Shown here: piece by piece, positions 8,486 through 14,706 of the stretch
How the letters are laid out: each line of letters starts with the position of its first letter
Position numbering within the stretch: position 1 is the first letter of the stretch
Origin: Coleofasciculus chthonoplastes F2-STO-03
GTDB taxonomy: Bacteria > Cyanobacteriota > Cyanobacteriia > Cyanobacteriales > Coleofasciculaceae
DNA length: 14,706 nt
Direction of reading: 5' to 3'
NCBI GenBank assembly: GCA_040222015.1
Contig: JAVJWO010000006.1
Span: 1 to 14,706 of the forward strand
Notes under the pieces: model-generated
Database searches by the model: none
Seen by the model: the letters and a program-made list of their open reading frames with translations, nothing else
Told to the model about the DNA's origin: nothing
Made by a program: the position numbers and the translations under genes

Positions 8486-8521
8486 CCGAGTTGCTTGACT
8501 TAACCTCTGATCCGGTAAATT

Positions 8522-8668
8522 GCGATCGCGCTGCAATGGCATCCGGAACTCTCCCCTTCCGACTCAAGGCATTCGTCGATTTTCCAGGCGTTTATTCAAG
8601 CCGCAAGCGAAACTGAAGCGAACCCGAATGGCTTTCATTTACAGACGACAGGTTGGGGGTGTGGATAG
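8522..8668 (+). pseudogene. Diverged second copy of the 3' end of the peptidase C26 gene, starting at a HIP1 site
   Basis: Translates AIALQWHPELSPSDSRHSSIFQAFIQAASETEANPNGFHLQTTGWGCG*, against AIALQWHPELSLPDSRHFAIFQALIQAASFDQDELNPNSFYLQTTGWGCG* at 5559-5711. Confidence 0.93.
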
Positions 8669-8738
8669 GGTTGATTTTTGGGTATTCCGTACTTAGTGTG
8701 CTAAAAAAGAAAACAGCTAAATGCCCCCGATGTGGTCA

Positions 8739-8835
8739 GGCAGTACACAGAGTATGGTGCTGCTTGAACAATGCCCATGCGCCCAGTGTGCGATCGCCCG
8801 ATCTTATAGGTCAGGTTGCGGGATGAAACCCAACA
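8739..8835 (+). repeat. Copy of the xisI 3' end, downstream spacer, HIP1 and REP-like motif (homologous to 13058-13154)
   Basis: GGCAGTACACAGAGTATGGTGCTGCTTGAACAATGCCCATGC is identical at 8739 and 13058. The ungapped alignment continues through GCGATCGCCCGAT to GGATGAAACCC(A/G)ACA. Confidence 0.92.
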
Positions 8836-8875
8836 CTCATCACTGCTTCTCCACCTCAAACAAGAGTGCGATCGC
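8790..8875 (+). repeat. 86-bp HIP1-bounded unit, copy 1
   Basis: GCGATCGC-CCGATCTTATAGGTCAGGTTGCGGGATGAAACCCAACA...CAAGAGT-GCGATCGC; one mismatch to 10395-10480. Confidence 0.95.
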
Positions 8876-8967
8876 CGTGCCAGTTGCGTAAGTCCGGGTT
8901 AAAATAAAAATGCAGCTTTTGAAGCAAGGTTAACAAAGCTTTATGGGTTCATTAGTTTTAGAACTAA

Positions 8968-9120
8968 ACATTAGAGGTTGAATTTATTAATGGTAGTATC
9001 TACCAATACTCAGGTGTTCCGCTATCAGTCTATTCTGGTTTAATATCAGCTAGCTCACACGGTTCGTATCTAGATCAGTACGTTAAGAAAGCAGGGTATT
9101 CTTACCGGAGAGTCGGTTGA
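8968..9120 (+). pseudogene. KTSC-domain protein, 5'-truncated
   Basis: Manual translation gives TLEVEFINGSIYQYSGVPLSVYSGLISASSHGSYLDQYVKKAGYSYRRVG*, the typical KTSC pattern. An in-frame TAA at 8965-8967 precedes it and there is no convincing start or SSxxxSVGYD N-terminus. Confidence 0.85.
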
Positions 9121-9229
9121 ATTTTCCAAGCTAAAAGAACTATGTCGGTTAATTCCCACCTAACAAGTCTAGCAAGCACTCTCGTCTTATTCATCCAGGC
9201 TGACTTTATACTTCGGCAGCACAGTAACA

Positions 9230-9427
9230 GTGGTAGTCGAAGAAAAAGTAGATGGAGCCAATGCTGCCATTAGTTTTACTCCTGATGGGCAAATGCTGTT
9301 GCAAAGCCGGGGACATTATTTAACCGGAGGAGAGCGAGAAAAGCACTTTAACTTGTTCAAACAATGGGCGTACAGTCATACTGGAACGTTTTGGCAGGTG
9401 CTGGGCGATCGCTATATCCTCTATGGC
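9230..9427 (+). pseudogene. Internal fragment of an ATP-dependent RNA/DNA ligase-family protein
   Basis: VVEEKVDGAN carries the adenylation motif KxDG, followed by LLQSRGHYLTGG and DRYILYG. It stops where the motif III Glu is expected, at the DUF5615 stop codon. Upstream in-frame sequence is not ligase-like. Confidence 0.75.
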
Positions 9428-9783
9428 AGAGGTAAATAAATAATCCGATCCTGATACTCATCGTCTTCGGAAGCAAGAGCAGCTAAAATTAATTCTTCGA
9501 GATTTCCACCAATGCCTAGATCGGAATTGAGAATAAAAATACCAGGTATGTGGCGATTTTGAGCAAGATGATCGGCTAAATGTACAGGCATAGAAGCACG
9601 ATTATTAGTCACCAAAACAAACCCATTGACTTCACACCAGCATAAAATTTCAGGATCTGGCGTGCTTTTGGGAGGATTCCCAGGCTCTCCTACCATAAGA
9701 ACAACTAATTCAGGATATTGCCGCAAAAGTTGAGTTTGATAAACTCGATCGACGTTCTCATCTAAAAGATACTTCAGTGCCAC
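9421..9783 (-). CDS. DUF5615 family PIN-like toxin
   Basis: LKYLLDENV, TPDPEILCWC..GFVLVTNN, HIPGIF; overlaps the upstream DUF433 gene. Confidence 0.88.
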   Translation of the reverse strand: MALKYLLDENVDRVYQTQLLRQYPELVVLMVGEPGNPPKSTPDPEILCWCEVNGFVLVTNNRASMPVHLADHLAQNRHIPGIFILNSDLGIGGNLEELILAALASEDDEYQDRIIYLPLP

Positions 9784-10111
9784 TTGCTTTCCTCATTGCT
9801 TCTCTTTCTGCTCTCAGTTTCCGCAGTTTTTCAGAAACAGGTGGAGGATTGTGTTTTTGTTCCTCTCGCATCCTGCGACCATGCTCAATCCAATTAGCGA
9901 GGTAGGTACTGACTGCTTCTTTGTTGTGCAGATAGTATAGAATCGTAGCGTAGACTTGTTCTAAATCTAGGGTTCGATAACTCTGGGCAATTTCCTCTGG
10001 AGTGCGACACCGATGGATGAAATCGTATAAAACAGTTTCAATCCCTATTCTTGTGTCTTTTATCCGAATGTCATCAGGACTGAGGAAATCAAAATAATCT
10101 TCTAATTGCAT
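9758..10111 (-). CDS. DUF433 family antitoxin
   Basis: IRIKDTRIGIETVL...TPEEIAQSYRTLDLEQVYATILYY is the DUF433 HTH pattern; paired with DUF5615. Confidence 0.9.
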   Translation of the reverse strand: MQLEDYFDFLSPDDIRIKDTRIGIETVLYDFIHRCRTPEEIAQSYRTLDLEQVYATILYYLHNKEAVSTYLANWIEHGRRMREEQKHNPPPVSEKLRKLRAEREAMRKASGTEVSFR

Positions 10112-10158
10112 TTTTCCAGGCTTATAGATTCATAGGGGATAATACTAGGATAGCGTTG

Positions 10159-10193
10159 GCGATGCCGAAGGCGGTTCGCGTAGCGACCATCGC
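10159..10193. repeat. Small dispersed repeat inserted into a HIP1 site
   Basis: GCGAT-GCCGAAGGCGGTTCGCGTAGCGACC-ATCGC: HIP1 halves flank two mini-hairpins (GCC-GAA-GGC and GGT.CGC-GTA-GCGACC). HIP1-targeting small repeats are known in cyanobacteria. Confidence 0.6.
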
Positions 10194-10296
10194 TCGACTC
10201 ATAGAACTGCGATCTCAGGGCAAACAACTATCTAACTACCGCCATACCATATAGCAATTTCATCTTTCAACTCTATCGCCCAAGGCTCAACAGATA

Positions 10297-10392
10297 GTTG
10301 TTTTTTATGAAAATTCAGACATCACAGTTATAGTTTATGCCGTTTTCCACTGCTCTCAAGACCCGAAGAAATGGCGTAGTCGGTTGTTGTAG
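10297..10392 (+). pseudogene. RelE/ParE-family toxin, C-terminal remnant
   Basis: Manual translation gives VVFYENSDITVIVYAVFHCSQDPKKWRSRLL*, the typical ParE/RelE C-terminus. The stop lies 2 nt before the HIP1 site at 10395. Confidence 0.75.
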
Positions 10393-10394
10393 GA

Positions 10395-10480
10395 GCGATC
10401 GCCCGATCTTATAGGTCAGGTTGCAGGATGAAACCCAACACTCATCACTGCTTCTCCACCTCAAACAAGAGTGCGATCGC
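10395..10480 (+). repeat. 86-bp HIP1-bounded unit, copy 2
   Basis: 85/86 identical to 8790-8875. Similarity begins at the first GCGATCGC and ends within one base of the second. Confidence 0.95.
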
Positions 10481-10617
10481 CCAATCGAATCATGAGACTG
10501 GGATGAAACTGGCTAGGTGCAACTGTATTGAGACCATAATAGGGATAAGTGCCTTCAAGTGCCGTTTGAGGTACTCTTATCAATATGGAAAACCTCAGAG
10601 GTTTGAACGTTACCGCT

Positions 10618-11988
10618 ATGGAAATCCAACGGGTTATCTTAAATAACATTGGGCTATTTGAAAACCTGGAAATTCCTTTAGCACCCACTGAGCAAAATCC
10701 CAGCAACATCACCGTCTTTGTTGGTAATAACGGGGCTGGTAAAACCTCTGTGTTGAAAGCCTTAGCTATGTCCCTGAGTTGGTTTACTGCTCGTTTACGT
10801 ACAGAAAAAGGTAGTGGTAACCCTATCCCCGAAGATGACATACTCAACACCGCCAACGCCGCCAGTATTGAAATAGACATTTGTGATTCTTCTGGGGCAT
10901 CAGACAATCCTAATCAAAACGCGATCGAGCATCACTTCAAGTGGACTTTAGCAAAAAATAGAAGAGGACGTAAAGCCCGGTACACTAGCAATCTCAACGA
11001 CTGCACTCGCTTAGCCAATCGTTACCGTGATGCTCTTACCTGCGACGACAAAACCAGCCTTCCCCTACTTGTGTTTTATCCTGTCGAGCGCGTCGTACTT
11101 GATATTCCACTAAAAATTAGGACTAAGCATACCTTCTTACAACTAGATGGTTACGATAACTCTTTAAGTCAGGGGGTTGACTTTCGCCGCTTTTTTGAGT
11201 GGTTTCGGGAACGGGAAGATACCGAAAATGAATCAGGAATGCCTGAAGATTTTCTGAACCAACTCAAACCACTATTGGAAACCAATCCCGACGCATGGCA
11301 ACGGTTAAACGAACTCAATGCCTCAGCCAAAGATCGGCAATTAACCGCAGTTCGCACCGCCATTCGCCGATTTATGCCCCAGATGGACAATCTTAGAGTC
11401 CGTCGTAAACCCCGTCTCCACATGGCGATTGATAAAAACGGTGAAACCCTGAATGTAGCCCAACTTTCACAAGGCGAAAAATCTCTCATGGCTCTGGTTG
11501 GTGATATTGCTCGCCGTCTAGCGATGCTGAACCCTGCTCTGGAGAATCCTCTCGCAGGTGACGGTATCGTTTTGATTGATGAAGTCGATTTGCACCTGCA
11601 TCCCTCTTGGCAACGCAGCCTGTGCGATCGCCTAATCGCAACTTTCCCAAATTGTCAGTTTGTGCTGACTACCCATTCACCTCTGGTGATCAGCGACTGT
11701 AAAAATGTTTTGGTTTACACCTTAACCAATGGTGAATTGCGACAATTGCCCTCTCAGTATGGGCAAGATGCTAATACTGTCTTATTAGATGTCATGGACA
11801 CCAGCATCCGTAATCAGAAAATTAATACTGAACTGAACGATCTGCTGGATGCTATACAAGATTCAAAGCTAACTGAGGCTCAACAACGACTTGCCAAATT
11901 AACTGAGGAACTACCCGCCAATCATCTGGAATTGATCAAAGCCAAATTACTGCTCCGTAAACAAAAATTACGTCATGCGAACCATTAG
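10618..11988 (+). CDS. ABC-type ATPase, PtuA-like (Septu / retron type I-A effector family)
   Basis: Walker A GNNGAGKT, FFEWFREREDTENE, signature LSQGEKS, DIARRL, Walker B VLIDEVDLHLHPSWQ, TTHSP. Start is ATG 10618 (MEIQRVILNNIG) or 10585. Confidence 0.85.
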   Translation: MEIQRVILNNIGLFENLEIPLAPTEQNPSNITVFVGNNGAGKTSVLKALAMSLSWFTARLRTEKGSGNPIPEDDILNTANAASIEIDICDSSGASDNPNQNAIEHHFKWTLAKNRRGRKARYTSNLNDCTRLANRYRDALTCDDKTSLPLLVFYPVERVVLDIPLKIRTKHTFLQLDGYDNSLSQGVDFRRFFEWFREREDTENESGMPEDFLNQLKPLLETNPDAWQRLNELNASAKDRQLTAVRTAIRRFMPQMDNLRVRRKPRLHMAIDKNGETLNVAQLSQGEKSLMALVGDIARRLAMLNPALENPLAGDGIVLIDEVDLHLHPSWQRSLCDRLIATFPNCQFVLTTHSPLVISDCKNVLVYTLTNGELRQLPSQYGQDANTVLLDVMDTSIRNQKINTELNDLLDAIQDSKLTEAQQRLAKLTEELPANHLELIKAKLLLRKQKLRHANH

Positions 11989-12604
11989 TAAAGGATCTGA
12001 ACCCTCCAGTTTGACAGTTTGGAAACGAGCAAACCCTCACGGACGCTACAACCAGTTAACTGAAGATATTCGCCGGACTATTCGGCAATATGCTCTATCA
12101 GAACAATTCTACCTTTGTGCCTATTGCTGCCAGCGCATCCAAAACATTCATGCTTGCCACAATGAGCATATAGAAGCTCAAAAGTTGAATCCTAGACGCA
12201 CACTTGACTTTGCAAATATTGTCGCCAGTTGTAATACCTCTAATCAATGCGGTGATGCTCATAAATCACAACCCCTACCCCTAACTCCTCTGATGACGGA
12301 ATGTGAAACAGAACTTCGCTTTAAAATTAGTGGTCGGGTAGAAGGGTTAAGCGAGCGGGCAATCGTCACGATTCAAGTCTTAAACTTGGGAGATCATGAA
12401 AAAAATAACGGTGCATTGATCGAAAAACGCAAGCAATTGTCTAATGCCTTATTATGGACAAACGGTATAGACCCCGATGAAGGCTTAGAGGATGAAGAAC
12501 TGTTAGAGATGTTAATCGATGAGCTATCACAACCCCAACAGGGTCAGATGGAACCTTTTACTCCAGTGGTAATTAATATCTTGCGAAGTTGGCTTCAATC
12601 TTGA
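11975..12604 (+). CDS. HNH endonuclease, PtuB-like (TIGR02646-type)
   Basis: EQFYLCAYC, HNEHI, LDFANIVASC, CGDAHK, TIQVLNL; overlaps the ATPase stop by 14 nt. Confidence 0.85.
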   Translation: MRTISKGSEPSSLTVWKRANPHGRYNQLTEDIRRTIRQYALSEQFYLCAYCCQRIQNIHACHNEHIEAQKLNPRRTLDFANIVASCNTSNQCGDAHKSQPLPLTPLMTECETELRFKISGRVEGLSERAIVTIQVLNLGDHEKNNGALIEKRKQLSNALLWTNGIDPDEGLEDEELLEMLIDELSQPQQGQMEPFTPVVINILRSWLQS

Positions 12605-12655
12605 AAGCAACTCTTTAAATGGTTATGAATCAGTTCGGAAGCACAACCAAAAGCT

Positions 12656-12763
12656 GACACGTTTTTTCAATACGAATGCACTCAAACTGCGGTACAACGG
12701 TATCAGGTCTTGATAATTGTGTATGATCCAGTTAATGAGGTGATAGTGCGATGGACAAGGTAG
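12656..12763 (+). pseudogene. xisH: XisH C-terminal remnant
   Basis: Manual translation gives DTFFQYECTQTAVQRYQVLIIVYDPVNEVIVRWTR*, overlapping the xisI start as in xisHI operons. An in-frame TGA lies at 12626-12628 and there is no N-terminal nuclease part. Confidence 0.8.
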
Positions 12764-13086
12764 CTCAATATCGGGAGTACATTCAGACATTACTGAGCCA
12801 GTACGCCAAAGATGATGTTTCGGATGATGAAGTCGAAGTGCAACTTATCTTTGACACTGAGCGGGATCATTACCAATGGATGAATGTGGGATGGCAACAG
12901 CTTAACCGAGTTTATCGTTGTATTGTCCATTTTGATATCAAAGATGGAAAAATTTGGCTTCAGCAGAATCTGACCGACCAGAATCCTGCTGAGGATTTGG
13001 TTGAAATGGGGGTTCCCAGAGAGGATATTGTGTTGGGTTTACAGCCCCCTTACAAACGGCAGTACACAGAGTATGGTGCTGCTTGA
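12751..13086 (+). CDS. xisI: XisI family protein
   Basis: MDKVAQYREYIQ..VQLIFDTERDHYQWMNVGW..RVY..HFDIKDGKIWLQQN.T..LVEMGVPREDIVLG. Confidence 0.93.
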   Translation: MDKVAQYREYIQTLLSQYAKDDVSDDEVEVQLIFDTERDHYQWMNVGWQQLNRVYRCIVHFDIKDGKIWLQQNLTDQNPAEDLVEMGVPREDIVLGLQPPYKRQYTEYGAA

Positions 13087-13154
13087 ACAATGCCCATGCA
13101 CCCAATATGCGATCGCCCGATTTTGTCGGTTGGTTTGAAGGATGAAACCCGACA
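13058..13154 (+). repeat. xisI 3' end, HIP1 and REP-like motif (third member of the HIP1-REP unit family)
   Basis: Aligns without gaps to 8739-8835; HIP1 at 13109-13116. Confidence 0.9.
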
Positions 13155-13218
13155 AGGATACTTGAATTTTGTCCATCTACTTAATAACAATTTAAACTCA
13201 AAGAGGTAATCTGTTATT

Positions 13219-13857
13219 GTGTCTTTTGAATCCTACAAAAATCTTGGAGAAGTCCTAAAAGAATATGAAATTACTGCCTCAGAAACAAACTATATTATCG
13301 AAAACAAAATTGATATTCGAGAATCCTTTAGAGAAGATTTAGAATTTTGCATGAAAGAATTAACCTTTGAGGAGTCAGAATATGCGATTTGTGAAACGAT
13401 TATTTTTCCAGTCCTCAAAGAGCTTTATCGCCTTTATCGAGATAAGTTTACCTTGTGGAGCCACAAGTCACTAATTTATAATGAAAAATTATCCGGTGTA
13501 CCTGACTATATCATAGCCAAACGCTCTCCTCTAGGAAAAGAAATATTTGAGCAGCCGTTTTTTGTCGCGGTTGAAGCTAAACGGGATGATTTTACTAAAG
13601 GATGGGGTCAATGTTTAGCTGAAATGGTGGCGATTCAGAAGATGAATGACCACTCTGAACAGCAGACGATATATGGAATCGTATCCAATGGTCAGCTTTG
13701 GCAGTTTGGCAAACTCCAAAACAATCGTTTTACCAAGAATTTTGCAGCCTATACGATATATAATCTCGAACAACTTTTTGCAGCATTGAATTATGTGTTT
13801 AGGCAATGCGAACTGGAATTAGAGGCAATAACATCTGGGTGTAGGGACAATTCATGA
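13219..13857 (+). CDS. PD-(D/E)xK nuclease-fold protein (type I restriction HsdR N-terminal-like)
   Basis: SEYAICETIIFPVL, LSGVPDY, VAVEAKR, GWGQCLAEM, IYGIVSNGQLWQF. GTG start preceded by AGAGG. Confidence 0.75.
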   Translation: MSFESYKNLGEVLKEYEITASETNYIIENKIDIRESFREDLEFCMKELTFEESEYAICETIIFPVLKELYRLYRDKFTLWSHKSLIYNEKLSGVPDYIIAKRSPLGKEIFEQPFFVAVEAKRDDFTKGWGQCLAEMVAIQKMNDHSEQQTIYGIVSNGQLWQFGKLQNNRFTKNFAAYTIYNLEQLFAALNYVFRQCELELEAITSGCRDNS

Positions 13858-13863
13858 ATTGTC
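13841..13863. repeat. GTAG-type REP-like palindrome
   Basis: GTAGG followed by the perfect 18-bp palindrome GACAATTCATGAATTGTC (13846-13863), which contains the nuclease gene's stop codon. Confidence 0.75.
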
Positions 13864-14054
13864 TCAGAATTTAGGGCTTTATTTATATCGCAATCTCGTC
13901 CATTTGTCAAGATATAATATCAAAAAAAACTAATGGATTGTAGCTTCACAGTAAGCAGATATTGTGTTAATCTGATTCAGGTTTGGGTGGTAAGGCGCAA
14001 AGCGGCGCAAAGCCCCCACCAGCCCGTTAAATATTGATCAGGAGTAATCGGATT

Positions 14055-14534
14055 ATGTCTACCCGAAAAGAAGGATTGCATTGGCTTTTCAATAAAAAAT
14101 GTGGTTTCAAAGAGATTCCGGGGCTTCCTGCCTTCGATAGCTATCTGAAAGCGATACTGATTTGTGCGAATGGCGATAATGAGTTAACCCAGGCGGAAAG
14201 AGATTGGGTTATTGGTCACGGATCAGCCTTTAACGCCCCTGATCAAGTGATTGAGGAACTCAAAACTTACCAGGCGGATGAAGACATTGATGCGGTTATT
14301 TCTCGAGACACCGCAGCAAATGCTTGTCGCCGCTATCTTGTCTATGACGCGATCGAGGCTTGTTCGGCGGATGGTGAATACAGTAACGGAGAGCGAGAAA
14401 CCGTTACCAAAATGGCAGCTAAACTTGGTGTTGATGCAGAAATCGTGAAGCAGATTGAAGAGATTTATACTCAAGAGGCTAAACTCCGGGAAAAGCGATT
14501 ATCACTGCTATTCCCGACAGGTACTCCCCTCTAG
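14055..14534 (+). CDS. TerB-like (tellurite resistance fold) protein
   Basis: Two TerB-type motifs, CANGDNELTQAER and CSADGEYSNGER..MAAKLGV. ATG 14055 follows AGGAG at 14040-14044. Confidence 0.65.
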   Translation: MSTRKEGLHWLFNKKCGFKEIPGLPAFDSYLKAILICANGDNELTQAERDWVIGHGSAFNAPDQVIEELKTYQADEDIDAVISRDTAANACRRYLVYDAIEACSADGEYSNGERETVTKMAAKLGVDAEIVKQIEEIYTQEAKLREKRLSLLFPTGTPL

Positions 14535-14706
14535 ATAGTACCCTCCTTTATCCGCCTCTTTCTTAAACTACCTGACAGCCTTATTAAACATTATTGGTAA
14601 AGGTAATATAGCACTACGAGGATACCTGTAGGGGGGCGGGCATGACGTGCCCCCACCCTAGGTGGGGGTTGTGGGGCAAACAAAAAAAAAAAAAAAACAC
14701 AAAATA

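Larger units (their letters stand above)
348..13116. repeat. Dispersed HIP1 octamers GCGATCGC (at least 14)
   Basis: Seen at 348, 2525, 2590, 3188, 5559, 7453, 8522, 8790, 8868, 9405, 10395, 10473, 11624 and 13109. Confidence 0.9.

Noticed and set aside
8451..8567. 39-aa N-terminal extension of GcvT in the ORF track
   Set aside because: Not GcvT-like. It runs over the likely promoter and into the antisense of the duplicated C26 tail.
8877..8895. GTGCCAGTTGCGTAAGTCC as the end of a common cyanobacterial MITE
   Set aside because: Resembles a repeat I recall, but no partner end is visible in the window, so it cannot be supported from this sequence.
8876..10617. Retron (RT plus msr-msd) associated with the PtuAB-like pair
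   Set aside because: No RT ORF in the window. The apparently non-coding DNA is largely explained by KTSC, ligase and RelE remnants, and no a1/a2 inverted repeats were recognised.
8739..13154. CRISPR array or classical integron
   Set aside because: Only 2-3 repeat copies, kilobases apart and too long for CRISPR. No cas or intI gene and no recognisable attC structure.
639..14474. Short overlapping ORFs in the track (e.g. 639-857, 1853-2035, 2852-3058, 3498-3698, 5872-6135, 6232-6548, 6920-7132, 7433-8616, 10428-10907, 11169-11489, 13615-13806, 14223-14474)
   Set aside because: Antisense or off-frame shadows of well-supported genes or repeats, with no recognisable motifs.
14628..14706. G/C-rich GTAG palindrome and poly-A run as a terminator or new element
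   Set aside because: Probably a REP-like repeat running into low-quality sequence at a contig end; it cannot be interpreted reliably.

Overview
Cyanobacterial DNA, judged from at least 14 HIP1 octamers (GCGATCGC), heptamer tandem repeats, GTAG-type REP-like palindromes and XisI/DUF433-type genes. Left: the 3' end of an IS200/IS605-family tnpB element abuts, and apparently decapitates, a large NACHT + HEAT-repeat (NLR-like) gene. Middle: a DUF4388 gene, an ACT-only purU remnant, a peptidase C26 (PuuD-like) gene, an orphan NrtA/CmpA-like binding lipoprotein and gcvT. Right (8522-13860): a defence/toxin-antitoxin patchwork with intact DUF433-DUF5615, PtuA/PtuB-like ATPase-HNH (no reverse transcriptase in the window), xisI and a PD-(D/E)xK nuclease. 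These are interleaved with gene remnants the ORF track mostly misses: a second C26 3' end, xisI 3' end, KTSC, RNA ligase, RelE/ParE and xisH. Most remnants are 3' ends, and several junctions fall on HIP1 sites or on a repeated HIP1-REP unit, which suggests a HIP1/REP-associated gene-shuffling hotspot (inference). All family calls come from reading motifs by eye; no database searches were run.
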